A stretch of DNA of 64,000 nucleotides from Candidatus Poribacteria bacterium (GCA_965218095.1 OZ244587.1:4704001-4768000); one strand, 5' to 3'. Shown: positions 29,828-39,879, counted from the stretch's first letter. Numbers and translations are program-made. The notes: generated by a model from the letters alone, not told the origin.

Positions 29828-30840
29828 TACCGCTGTGGAATCATCTCAGGTCTAATGAAGAAGTAATCCGTCTTCATGGTCGCCAGGCCAACCTGTGAGA
29901 ATCCACCTATCCCTCTTCCAGTTGGACGCATGTCTGCAACAGCTTGTGGCTCACCTGAGCTTCGCCCTTCATAGTACAGGTAGTAGGTATCTCCCACATG
30001 GGCAACACCACCTGGCCAGATGGCACAATCGTCCCACTCTCCCGCTTCCCCACGCGACATCACGGGATTGCCAGGGTAGCGATACCAGTGAATCAAATCT
30101 TCCGAAGCAGCAACGCCGAAGTGATGGGGATTGTCATCGAAGCGATCGCTGCCTCCATAGACCATATACCATAATTCCTGGTCGTGGAAGACACGGGGAT
30201 TTTGCACTCGATGGCTATCCCACGCTCCTGACTCGCCACGGGAAAGTGTAACCTGAGTCTCGTCAATATCGAAGTGGTATGCATCCCGAGAGCGTATCAT
30301 ACACAGTTCACCGCTGCCATCAGCGATTCGCTTATTGAAGAAAAGATAGAAATAGTCGTTGTAACTCACTACTACCGAGGCGCCTGTGTATGCTCGCAGT
30401 AATGGTTCATCGCCATATCGATGGAAAGACAGACCATCTTCTGAAGTTGCCAAAGCAACGCATTTCACACGGCCCACGTCGCGTCCATCTGGGTCCGCTA
30501 CGCGCTGCACGGCGGTATAGTAGTGCAGGTACAGATCATCGACTCTGATGATCTCTCCGGCGAATGGTCCGACATCATCGATCGTTCCGAGTTCACCCGG
30601 CCCTTGCACAGGATTCCCGTTATACTCATGCCATGTGACACCGTCGAATGTGGCAGTGGGTGTAGCGAAGAGGCCAATATAGCATCGCGCTTCACCCGCT
30701 TCGTTCGGCTTCTGGCCCCTGATGTACATCCAATACTCATCCGCTTGAGGTGCCAGCACCGGATCTGCGGTCAACATGCGGCGCCATGTGGCGTCTACTG
30801 CCGGAAGCACTGGATTGGAAGGACTTTTAACCAGTTTCAT
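29827..30840 (-). CDS. Five-bladed beta-propeller glycosidase-like protein (GH32/43/130 clan-like)
   Basis: NPVL, ADP, ATSEDG, WD..V.NP, NPVM.RG..GEWDD, VGLA. Confidence 0.75.
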   Translation of the reverse strand: MKLVKSPSNPVLPAVDATWRRMLTADPVLAPQADEYWMYIRGQKPNEAGEARCYIGLFATPTATFDGVTWHEYNGNPVQGPGELGTIDDVGPFAGEIIRVDDLYLHYYTAVQRVADPDGRDVGRVKCVALATSEDGLSFHRYGDEPLLRAYTGASVVVSYNDYFYLFFNKRIADGSGELCMIRSRDAYHFDIDETQVTLSRGESGAWDSHRVQNPRVFHDQELWYMVYGGSDRFDDNPHHFGVAASEDLIHWYRYPGNPVMSRGEAGEWDDCAIWPGGVAHVGDTYYLYYEGRSSGEPQAVADMRPTGRGIGGFSQVGLATMKTDYFFIRPEMIPQR

Positions 30841-31104
30841 ATCGCAACACTCCTTTCCTTCTATAATGGCAAGTGTATCTCAATGGGACATTTCGATTTA
30901 GCGTGTTCCCTTTATCGCTCCCCAAACCGTGGCGAGTTTCCCAGAAGCATCCACCACGAAAAACCCCTCCATTGTCTTGAAGTGAAGCCCTGAAAACGGA
31001 CAGGCAAATAAGCGAGTGTGGTCGTATTGCCCACCTATGCATAGATTAAGGGTTGTGGTTCTCATGTTGGTGGTTTCCTTCTCCGCAATCGTGTGAAAAT
31101 GCGC

Positions 31105-32583
31105 CTACCGCTCGGATCCGGTGGCGGAAATGGTTGCGGCTTGCGGTGCTCGTTTGGGAAATGGTATATTTTTCTCCTGCCAACGGTTGGGCGGCACATA
31201 GCGTTTGTAGTTGCTAATCTTTCCGTGGGTCGCTGCGTAGAAGATGAAATTCGCGCCCATCCGCAGTGACGACGGCACATAGATGGGATCTGAACCAGGA
31301 GAGCGTGAACCGGGGAGTTTCCAGCCGTTATCATAATCATTGTAGCTGATGACGACGGCAAGACGGCCATTGATCTCAAATCCAACCATCGGAAAGGTGA
31401 TTGGAGAATGGCCGCCGCCAATCACAACGCCGGGTTGTCCACCGAGAGGGAACGGTTGATGCCAGATGGGGTGGTCCGGTGGAATTGGCTGTACCTCCCG
31501 CACCTGAGCGTCGATGTCGTGGAGGATTGCCCGAAAATGCCAGCGCATCGAATGCGCAAAGGTTCTCTGAGAAAACGGCCCTTGATTGTGGTTATGTTGC
31601 ACAAAGATGAAACCGCCTCGCTCAGCCAGATAACGCCTGAGATTCCGCCGCTCCCCTTGTATCAGCCGAGCGAGGCCCTCTGCATTGAGATAGAGCATGG
31701 GCGAATCCATAACCCCTGGGTCATCCAGGTAAACCGTCCTGCCTGCAAGGCGTCCTTCAATTCTTGTGTTGGCGGACATCCATGTTACCAAGTGGAGCAA
31801 AGTGGTCGGATCCTCGCGAGCGTGTGAATGGGTCACTATCCGTTGGCGAAAACGGACATAGCAAAGATGGAAATAGCCGGTCGGCAGTCCCGATTGCGGG
31901 TCGGTATAAATACGGGCGCCCAATTCGCTGGGCCCGATCGGCGTCATCAGTTGATTCCCCAAACGCATTTCTCCGACCAGCGCGTCAAGCGCCATCGGAA
32001 CGGCTGCCGTCGAATCGAGAAAGGATTGAAGCGTTGTTGGCTGGGACATGCCCATCAGGCCGACGTTCGGTGATGTGCCGGCGATGCCGCGTTGTGCAGG
32101 TATCCCCCCGCCGCCCGAATTCAGCATTGATACAGCAAACACCACCGCACCTGGCGCATCGGATGGCGAGAGATTCACATCGGTGACTATTTGAGGAATT
32201 GGTGGATTCGCGTCAACGCTCCTTGGGAGTTGCAGTTGTGGACGTGCTTCGAGTTTGAGCGGGCGGTTGGAAAATTCAATCACATTTTCTGTTGTCATTG
32301 AATCGGTTCTGAAACGCACAGAGGTGACGGCGCGAGGTTGCGGTTGAATCTGCTTGACCGTGATGGTTGATTGCGTCGGCACGATGGGTTTGGTGACGGG
32401 TTTAATCATCGGTTTGCGGACTTTTGGCTTCGGAGGTTCGGGAGTTTTGAGAATGGTTGCATCGATCAGGTCTTGAAATGGCTTGGTGTGGGTTACCAGA
32501 TACACACCGGCGATCAATATAATCAGTCCATGCACGATTAGAGATACAATTAGTGATTGGGAAGTGATCTTCATGCGCGACAT
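31105..32583 (-). CDS. Membrane-anchored Pro-rich-linker protein with C-terminal DUF4159-like domain
   Basis: N-terminal TM SLIVHG, PEPPKPKVRKP linker, LRRYLAERGGFIF, DHPIW, MGANFIFYA. Confidence 0.75.
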   Translation of the reverse strand: MSRMKITSQSLIVSLIVHGLIILIAGVYLVTHTKPFQDLIDATILKTPEPPKPKVRKPMIKPVTKPIVPTQSTITVKQIQPQPRAVTSVRFRTDSMTTENVIEFSNRPLKLEARPQLQLPRSVDANPPIPQIVTDVNLSPSDAPGAVVFAVSMLNSGGGGIPAQRGIAGTSPNVGLMGMSQPTTLQSFLDSTAAVPMALDALVGEMRLGNQLMTPIGPSELGARIYTDPQSGLPTGYFHLCYVRFRQRIVTHSHAREDPTTLLHLVTWMSANTRIEGRLAGRTVYLDDPGVMDSPMLYLNAEGLARLIQGERRNLRRYLAERGGFIFVQHNHNQGPFSQRTFAHSMRWHFRAILHDIDAQVREVQPIPPDHPIWHQPFPLGGQPGVVIGGGHSPITFPMVGFEINGRLAVVISYNDYDNGWKLPGSRSPGSDPIYVPSSLRMGANFIFYAATHGKISNYKRYVPPNRWQEKNIPFPKRAPQAATISATGSER

Positions 32584-32709
32584 TTGAATCTCTTTTCTCC
32601 ACTGAGTGTATAGCCGAACTCGTGAGAATTCGGGGAGTTGTCCGAACTCCCTGATAAATCGGGATCCAGAGCGACTTACGAGTTCGGCTACATCATGGCA
32701 AACCTTTCT

Positions 32710-33431
32710 TCATGCTTCCGACGGTCGTGTGACAAACGCCGCATGTTCGGCCGTCGAAAGCCCCTTCTGCAACGATAAAACCGTTGCCAAATCCCCTTCC
32801 AGCAATGCCCCTACCGCCAACCGCAAGCCGGGAAAGATTTGACTTTCGATGATGCCATTCGCATCAGGCGCCAATGGCGTATACCCGTCTTCAACGAGCC
32901 GAAACCAATCGAGTTGTTTGTCCTGCGTCTGCCAGACGATGTATTCCTGTACGCCGCAACGTTGATAGACAGCTAATTTTTCTGCAGGTCATAATCCGCA
33001 CCGGGGGCTGCGCCCTCAACAGTTAATTCCGGCGCACCTTCGACGTAATTTTTGTCGTTAATTATAGAATTTCCACCGAGTTCAGCATTAATTCGTAGCA
33101 ACGCATCAGGTTGGACTTCGTTGTCAGGGTCAAGGTAGACCGTTGTATTGTCTAATAACTGGATCCCTGGTGTTGCCACGCGATAGGCGCCGAGCCAGAT
33201 CATCCCAAAACCATGCGGTTCGCTATGGACGGTTCGCACAGGTGATGACATGTAAACAACGCCTTCAATCAGTTCTGCTTTCTTGACATACGGCATCGCG
33301 TCGTAACGCCGCTCAAATTCGTCCCGTGTCAGTCGGTCGCCATGCTTCAGCGGTGGTGCCGTCTTCTTCATTTTTTCAATGGACGCCGGTGGCTGGGCAC
33401 GAATTTCTTTTTTTAATGCTTTCTCCGTCAT
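32710..33431 (-). pseudogene. Uma2-family (DUF820) PD-(D/E)xK endonuclease, frameshifted near 32980
   Basis: GDRLTRDEFERRY..KAELIEG..VQPD..GAPEL; continues in another frame as KLAVYQRCGVQEYIVW..FPGL to TGA at 32710. Confidence 0.85.
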
Positions 33432-33745
33432 GAGGACTCCTCCTTCTTCAATCTGTCCGGGAAGTGCAACTTGCCTCGCGCTTTTAGCTCCATTGGCAAG
33501 AGGCTATGATAGATAAAGGCGTTCACCGGGGTAGCCACCCCGACTTTCTTACCGAGGCGCATTACCGCCCCATTCTGGAGTTCGAGTTCCGATGGACGTC
33601 CGGCTATAATAACCTTTGCTGCATGGAGGCAGTTGAATCCGGTGGAACACGATCCCACGCATCAATTGCCTTGGGAATCGTATCTTCTAGCATCGCAATT
33701 CCACGCGCGTGTGCCACGGCAAAAATCTCGTGCAATCCCTGTTCA
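33428..33745 (-). pseudogene. Ketopantoate reductase (PanE/ApbA) C-terminal remnant
   Basis: EIFAVAHARGI..TASMQ, then a frameshift to GRPSELELQNGAV.RLG..GVATPVN. Confidence 0.75.
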
Positions 33746-33752
33746 AACTGAT

Positions 33753-34898
33753 TTAATCCGCCGCGATGTCAACCAACTCGACCTGCGCGCCGCGGATAGC
33801 CTCACAGAGGTAGGTAATACCTTCGGAAACGTCATCAATATGAGTGTAGGCGTAAGCCAGGCGGATGCTCTTGATGGGATCGTTACGATAGTGGAAGGCG
33901 CTGCCGCTGCTGAACCCCACATTGTGTTGGGCGGCAAGTTCTCCGAGCGTTGCCATGTCCGTTGTTTCCGGCAGATCTATCCAGAGGAAAAGCCCACCAC
34001 GCGGTCTCGTCCACGTACAGATGTCGCTGACATTCTCTTCGAGTGTCTCGATCACGGCGCGACATTTTGCGCCAACGGCGGCGTTCGTCACGGCAAGGTG
34101 TTCATCTAGATGTTCCTTGAAAAACTCTGCTACGATTGAGCTTGCTAGCGCACTGCATCCGCCATCCCACCGGTTCTCATGAATCATGCCGTTATATGGC
34201 GGTCTGGCGACGAAATATCCCTGGCGGAGACCACAACCGAGAATCTTTGAAAACGTCGCGATAAAGATGACGCGGTTGGACTGGTCAAGTTTGAAAATCG
34301 CATCGGGCGTCGGGTTTGGCACAAAGTCGATGTCGCCGTAGCAATCGTCTTCAACGATCAGGGTGTCGTATTCCTCTGCTAACTCCAGCATTCGTTTCCG
34401 GCGTTCTAGCGAAAGAATCGCCGCCGTGGGATTTTGGTGGTTGGAAGTGGTATAGATTAACTTGGGACGGATATTCTGCGCCTTGAGTTCTTTCAGCTTT
34501 TCCTCAAGGGCATCCATGTTCATGCCGTCGATGTAATCCATGGGCACGCCCACGATATTTGTCTTGAGGTGTCGCATGATACCCAGCGTGCCACTGTAAG
34601 TAAACTCTTCGGTTAAAACGGTTTCCCCTGGATCGGTGAAGGCCCCCAAGACGAGATCTAGCGCCTGCATAGAACCGGACGTGATTGAGATGTTCTCAAT
34701 ATCCAGCGGCACACCTTCCCGCCGCTCGAAGCGCATCGAAGCTAACTCGCGTAAGCCCTCATATCCATTTTCACCAGGATAGTTCACGAGGCTCCCGCCT
34801 AACTTCCGTAGTGCTTTCTCACTGGCTTTAATTAAACCTTCTGTTGGAAATGTATACGGATCGGGTCGCCCACCCGTAAAAGCAAAATCTTTAGCCAT
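33753..34898 (-). CDS. PLP-dependent aminotransferase class I/II (2-aminoadipate transaminase-like)
   Basis: ITSGSMQAL, QNPT, IVEDDCY, TFSKIL..GLR.G, P.GGLFLW. Confidence 0.92.
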   Translation of the reverse strand: MAKDFAFTGGRPDPYTFPTEGLIKASEKALRKLGGSLVNYPGENGYEGLRELASMRFERREGVPLDIENISITSGSMQALDLVLGAFTDPGETVLTEEFTYSGTLGIMRHLKTNIVGVPMDYIDGMNMDALEEKLKELKAQNIRPKLIYTTSNHQNPTAAILSLERRKRMLELAEEYDTLIVEDDCYGDIDFVPNPTPDAIFKLDQSNRVIFIATFSKILGCGLRQGYFVARPPYNGMIHENRWDGGCSALASSIVAEFFKEHLDEHLAVTNAAVGAKCRAVIETLEENVSDICTWTRPRGGLFLWIDLPETTDMATLGELAAQHNVGFSSGSAFHYRNDPIKSIRLAYAYTHIDDVSEGITYLCEAIRGAQVELVDIAAD

Positions 34899-34937
34899 AA
34901 TATTCTCCTTAAGTGGTTATGAATATCTTCCACGATC

Positions 34938-35025
34938 CCCCTCACCTTAACCCTCTTCCACCAAGGGATGAGGGAACTATTTCTCCCCTTGCCCTTGACG
35001 GGAGAGAGGCGGGGGGTGAGGGTGA
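34938..35025. repeat. REP-like palindromic pair (CCCTCACC..CCCTCTCCC family)
   Basis: Related copies at 21544-21625 and 45136-45243. Confidence 0.7.
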
Positions 35026-35081
35026 AAACGTAAAAGGAAATAATTCAAACTTACTTAAAAACTGTGATCAGATTTCTATAT

Positions 35082-35235
35082 GTAACCGTTAAAAATCTCA
35101 TACTGTGAAAATAGAATTCACGAAATATGGCACTCAAGAATCTGCTCATGTAGAAGTTTGTGCGAGTTTCTGAAGGATGTGAATTTAACAATTCGTTATC
35201 TTCGATTTCACATTGTCGCATTTTTTAACAGTTAC
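35082..35235. mobile_element. MITE-like element
   Basis: IR GTAACCGTTAAAAA / TTTTTAACAGTTAC (13/14), with further imperfect inner IR. Confidence 0.55.
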
Positions 35236-35775
35236 TATATGAAAAACCACGATTGGATTTCCACCTTCAACCTTTAACAGATGATACCATAAATTGAAGA
35301 AAAATCCTACCCAAAATTGGTGAAGACAGCGTTTTCACATTCTGCCTGCCTGGATGGGAACTCTAGCAGAAATATATCCGTTACTGACACGGGGGGTTTG
35401 ACTTAGAAAGGAAAGCTTTTGCGGGCAGAGACAGAACTCAGGAATTAAGATGGGGCCTGGTTGACTGACAAAAGTGGTTTGGGAGCAGACAGCCCGTGAC
35501 TTTTTGGCATATGGCTTGTCAAACAACAGAGAGGGCGAGCCCCGATAGGATCGGGATTCAGATTGCTCTGAATCCTCGATACTTCATCGGGAGCAATATG
35601 TGAGGAAGCGAGTCTGTGAGGTTCGCTCTTGCCTGCCTCCACGCTCCCTCGCCTCCATTTTCCACAACGCATGAGAAATCGGATAAAACGAGCTGTGACA
35701 TCGATCCGACCGAGTTTTGTCAGTCAATCAGGGGGGGGGGGCGATAATCCGCAAGATTGCATCCCATTTTCAGTT

Positions 35776-36924
35776 TTACTGGCCAATCCGACGCAACGGA
35801 TAAAACAGACTGACTGACACAAGAATTAAAATGCCCGCGGAGATCCAGTAGAGAATCTGGAAGGTTTCAGGAGTATACAGTTTCCCGGCAAATGGAGGTC
35901 CGAACACCCGTCCGAGGCTGAAGAAAGCATCCATGATGCCAATCACGGTGCCCTGTCCGATCTTCGTTTGCTTAGAAATCCACGAGGTATTTGTCGGGCG
36001 GATGATCAGGTTTCCAATTCCCGCGATTGATAGGTAAACAGTAAGCGTCATAAGTGCCTTCGACCAGGGCAGCAGCGCCATCCCCAATGCATTAATCAGC
36101 AACCCGAGGATGATGAGCTTAAACTCCCCGAGTGTATTAATCAACCGTCCTAAAATGCTGCCTTGCAGAAGGGCGACGAGCGCTCCCATAATCATGAACA
36201 TTGCCCCCATCTCTTTTGCGCCGTAGTGGAGTCGATCTTTGATAAAAAGGGGGAAAGTTGTTTCCAATCCTGAAAAGATGAAAGTTGAGAAGAAAGCGAC
36301 GAGAAAGAGCGGGGTCAAGGGGTGGTTCAGTGCTGCCCAGGGAGAGATGTGCCATTCACGCTTATTGAGGCGATCGGCGAGTTTGAGGGATTCCGGCAAA
36401 AAGATCAGCGCAAAGGCGAAGGTAACGAAAGAAAACCCGCCAGCAACAAGGAACGGGAGGCTATGGTTTTCCATAATAGCGCCGATGCCGGGGCCGAAAA
36501 TGAATCCAAGCCCCATCGCTGCTCCCATCAAACCCATGCCCTTTCCACGCGCTTCCTCTGTCGTGACATCCGCGACATAAGCCATTACCGTCGGCAAAAC
36601 GGCTGCTGATAGCACGCCCGATAAACCACGGGCGATGAATAGCCAACTCAAAGTCTTTGCTGTGCCAAACAAAGCCAGGGCCCCCGCATTCCCAACGAGG
36701 CCGATTAGGATTGCATGCTTGCGGCCGTATCGATCTGACATGCGCCCCCATAGTGGTGCAAAGATCAATTGCATTGCCGAGTAGATCGCCATCAAGAATC
36801 CAATCTGCGCAGGACTTGCCCCCAACGCATTCGCATAATATGCCAGGTGCGGGATGATGATGCCGAAGCCGAGCATGACTAGGAACATCGTCAAAAACAA
36901 GATTGTTAAGGCGCTTTTCTTCAT
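35776..36924 (-). CDS. MFS transporter, DHA1/TetA-like efflux family
   Basis: Motif A GRMSDRYGRK, AYVAD.T..RGKGMG..GFIFGPGIG; about 12 TMs. Confidence 0.92.
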   Translation of the reverse strand: MKKSALTILFLTMFLVMLGFGIIIPHLAYYANALGASPAQIGFLMAIYSAMQLIFAPLWGRMSDRYGRKHAILIGLVGNAGALALFGTAKTLSWLFIARGLSGVLSAAVLPTVMAYVADVTTEEARGKGMGLMGAAMGLGFIFGPGIGAIMENHSLPFLVAGGFSFVTFAFALIFLPESLKLADRLNKREWHISPWAALNHPLTPLFLVAFFSTFIFSGLETTFPLFIKDRLHYGAKEMGAMFMIMGALVALLQGSILGRLINTLGEFKLIILGLLINALGMALLPWSKALMTLTVYLSIAGIGNLIIRPTNTSWISKQTKIGQGTVIGIMDAFFSLGRVFGPPFAGKLYTPETFQILYWISAGILILVSVSLFYPLRRIGQ

Positions 36925-37254
36925 CTGAACTCATTGCGGGTAGTTTCTTGGAAATCTAATAGAGCGCAGCAAAGAATCTCCTCGTTAAGGTGCAAGAGAT
37001 GCTTTCCTTCGTTGAGGCTGACGGGAGAAGCGTGCGTTTTACTCGCTATAAGTTCTCCGTCATACCACCGTTGAATGGCTATCACCCCTGATTTTTCCAT
37101 GAAATTCTCAGCGTGCATTGGGAATTTCATGATTATAGAAGTTCCAGATAAAGCCTGTCAAGCCTAAAATTACCCTTTCTATCATTTTGGACTTTATTCC
37201 AGACTAGGGTTAGTGTACAATAAAGCGAAAAACTCGATACGTGAGGAGAAAAGC

Positions 37255-38496
37255 ATGACTGTAGATCAGTTGAAAGGCAAAACTGTCGGAGCAGCTGTTT
37301 CTGGTGGGCTCGATAGCTGTACCATCGCGCGGTGGTTAGTCGATAACGGTGTCGATGTGGTATGCTTCACAGCAGATCTCGGGCAGCCCGACGAAAAAAA
37401 CATGGGCGAAATCTGTGAGCGGATGCTGGCATGTGGAGCGCAAGAGGCAGTTATCGTTGATGCGAAGAACGAACTTGCTATGGCAGGTATCAAGGTCATC
37501 CAATGCCAGGCCAAATATGAAGGCGGATATTGGAATACGACCGGTATTGCGCGGCATATTACGGTCGAGGCGCTCCTGCCTGAAATGGAGAAGCGTGGGA
37601 TTAATATTCTGGGACACGGCTGCACCGGTCGAGGAAATGATCAGGTGCGATTCCAGATTGCAACAAATATGTTGAATCCTGATTGTGAGGTCTATGCCCC
37701 ATGGCGCGATCCGGCCTTCCTGGAACGGTTTGGCGGCAGAAAAGAGATGATCGATTTTTGTAATGAGCGCAGTCTACCAATTAAAGCCACTCACGAAAAA
37801 CCTTACTCGACCGATGCGAACATGCTCGGCTTAACGCATGAGGCCGGTAGATTGGAATCCCTCAAAACGCCTGCTGGCTTTATCACGCCGGGCATGGGCG
37901 TCCATCCGGAGGATGCTCCCGATGAAGTCGAACATTTCACGGTGACTTTTGTGAGGGGAATACCTCTTGAGATCAACGGAAGCCCCATGGTCCCCTTTCG
38001 AGCCCTGACAGAAGCGAATCACATTGGTGGACGAAATGGGGTCGGCATCGGGATTCACACGGTCGAAAATCGCTTCGTCGGGATTAAGAGCCGAGGGGTT
38101 TACGAATCACCGGGGATGGAATTGCTCGGCCGGTGTTATGAGTACCTGCTTCAACTCATTTTGGACCGACGGGCGCGTCGTGTCTTTGATCACGTTTCAG
38201 CGGTGGTGGCGGAACAGATCTATCAAGGCTATTGGTTCGATCCCGCCACACAATCGCTGCTCGCATCCATCGAACTCTTCACGCGCATGGCTTATGGAGA
38301 CATTACTGTTGCGCTGTATAAGGGAAATGTCGCTTTTCACTCCGCCGTTGGTGTGGCCCATTCGCTCTATTCAGAGGAAACTTCCTCAATGGAAGCCATC
38401 GGCGATTTCAACCATGCGGATTCCGAGGGGTTCTTGTCCGTTCTTGGCGTTAGCGCGAAGGCGTTGTCTGCCGCCGGGCAGACGAAATTAGTGTAG
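37255..38496 (+). CDS. argG: Argininosuccinate synthase
   Basis: AVSGGLDS, HGCTGRGNDQVRF, YSTDANMLG.THE.G.LE, VENRFVGIKSRGVYESPG. Confidence 0.97.
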   Translation: MTVDQLKGKTVGAAVSGGLDSCTIARWLVDNGVDVVCFTADLGQPDEKNMGEICERMLACGAQEAVIVDAKNELAMAGIKVIQCQAKYEGGYWNTTGIARHITVEALLPEMEKRGINILGHGCTGRGNDQVRFQIATNMLNPDCEVYAPWRDPAFLERFGGRKEMIDFCNERSLPIKATHEKPYSTDANMLGLTHEAGRLESLKTPAGFITPGMGVHPEDAPDEVEHFTVTFVRGIPLEINGSPMVPFRALTEANHIGGRNGVGIGIHTVENRFVGIKSRGVYESPGMELLGRCYEYLLQLILDRRARRVFDHVSAVVAEQIYQGYWFDPATQSLLASIELFTRMAYGDITVALYKGNVAFHSAVGVAHSLYSEETSSMEAIGDFNHADSEGFLSVLGVSAKALSAAGQTKLV

Positions 38497-38500
38497 TAAA

Positions 38501-38529
38501 CCTTGAAAAGGTTCCAAACCTTTTCAAGG
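38501..38529. repeat. Perfect 13-bp hairpin between argG and the next gene
   Basis: CCTTGAAAAGGTT-CCA-AACCTTTTCAAGG; no U-tract. Confidence 0.7.
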
Positions 38530-38552
38530 ATCTAGAAGATAGGAAGATTCAA

Positions 38553-39542
38553 ATGAAAATAAAGTTAGCACAGTACGGCATCTCCCATGACCACGCATTG
38601 GGAAAGACGCGGGTGATGAAGGAGAGCGATCAGGTTGATTTCTGCGGCATCTTTGAGCCGACGCCCGAAGTTCGCAACACAATCGGGAAAACTCCTGCTT
38701 ATGCCGGCGTCCACTGGTTTTCATCAAAAGAGGAGGTGCTGGAAGACGAAACAATCGTTGGGATTGCTGCGCAAGGTCGTGTTTCTCAGAACCTCGGCTT
38801 TACGCAGGAGGCGCTTGAACACGGCAAGCATGTCTGGTTTGATAAACCCGCTGGTGATGATCTAGATCTGTTTCGTGCGATTTTAGACCTCGCACGGGGA
38901 AAAGGGTTGCTCGTCCAACTCGGGTATATGTTTCGCTACAATGCAGGTTTCCAATTCATCCTCAATTGGGCCAGCTCCGGTAAACTCGGCGAAATCTTCT
39001 CTGTCCGCGGACGGATATCCTCCGGTGGTTCAACGGAAGTTGAATGGAAGCGATGGAATTCACGAGGGGAACGTGAAGGTGGAATTATGTTTATTCTTGC
39101 CTGCCATCTCATTGACACTATCGTTGCATTACTAGGGCGTCCAGATCGTGTAACGCCGTTCTCGAAAAACGAAGACAGCGTATTCCCCTGGTATCGTGAT
39201 AACACAGCGGCAGTTTTTGAGTATCCCAAAGCCATGGCTATCATTGAGTCAACCGGATTGGAAGTCTCTTCAGGAGCGTCGAGGCGGTTGGAAGTCTATG
39301 GTACTCGCGGAAGCGCAATCCTTGAGCCCCTTGAACCGCCGGCACTACGGTTGTGCCTCGACGAAGATCGCGAGGGTTATGTCGAAGGCTGGCAGACGGT
39401 GCCGGTGGAAAATCGTCCGCGTTACGTCGAAAGCCTCCGTGCCTTCGTTGCGGACATTCGCGGTGAGAAAGTTCCAGACCGCTCGCTCGAGCACGAATTC
39501 ACGGTTCAGGAAACCGTCCTCCGTGCTGCGGGAATTAAATGA
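38553..39542 (+). CDS. Gfo/Idh/MocA oxidoreductase
   Basis: GKHVWFDKP, LGYMFRYN, GGIMF.LACHLID. Confidence 0.9.
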   Translation: MKIKLAQYGISHDHALGKTRVMKESDQVDFCGIFEPTPEVRNTIGKTPAYAGVHWFSSKEEVLEDETIVGIAAQGRVSQNLGFTQEALEHGKHVWFDKPAGDDLDLFRAILDLARGKGLLVQLGYMFRYNAGFQFILNWASSGKLGEIFSVRGRISSGGSTEVEWKRWNSRGEREGGIMFILACHLIDTIVALLGRPDRVTPFSKNEDSVFPWYRDNTAAVFEYPKAMAIIESTGLEVSSGASRRLEVYGTRGSAILEPLEPPALRLCLDEDREGYVEGWQTVPVENRPRYVESLRAFVADIRGEKVPDRSLEHEFTVQETVLRAAGIK

Positions 39543-39547
39543 AGAAC

Positions 39548-39576
39548 TTGACTTTGATAGACGCATGTGGTATAGT
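39548..39576 (+). promoter_or_regulatory. Sigma70-type promoter for the leuS leader
   Basis: TTGACT-17 bp-TATAGT with an extended TG. Confidence 0.75.
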
Positions 39577-39608
39577 TAGCAGCAACGAATATTCAGGAGA
39601 TTTCATTC

Positions 39609-39722
39609 ATGGTTTACATTTCACTGTTCATCAGCAATTGCGTTTCCTTTCAGCCTGACGTTTACCTCAACTTGGCTTTATTGCGATTGCGTCTCGTGAT
39701 GGGCAGTGGCACACCGAATTGA
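39609..39722 (+). CDS. Leu-rich leader peptide, 37 aa (MVYISLFISNCVSFQPDVYLNLALLRLRLVMGSGTPN)
   Basis: AGGAG RBS at 39595-39599; 6 Leu in codons 20-29, four of them UUR; lies upstream of leuS. Confidence 0.78.
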   Translation: MVYISLFISNCVSFQPDVYLNLALLRLRLVMGSGTPN

Positions 39723-39756
39723 TGTTCATTCGCATTCATTTTGATTTTTTTGTCAC

Positions 39757-39798
39757 AGCCCATCATCGAATCGTTGTTCGATGGTGGGCTTTTTATTT
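39757..39798 (+). terminator. Attenuator intrinsic terminator
   Basis: 14-bp stem AGCCCATCATCGAA/TTCGATGGTGGGCT plus TTTTATTT; its 5' arm can instead pair with 39696-39711. Confidence 0.85.
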
Positions 39799-39879
39799 AC
39801 GCCCCCGGTTGCATTCAGGAGACGCGGCTTGAATTTTACCCGATTTTTAGTATAATTTGACCACGTAAGGAGACCTGAA

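Noticed and set aside
36921-37130. 69-aa ORF overlapping the MFS start
   Set aside because: ATGA coupling is present, but there is no RBS or motif, so it cannot be supported.
39548-39800. T-box riboswitch before leuS
   Set aside because: No AAnnnGGTGGnACC T-box consensus; the leader-peptide model explains the structure.
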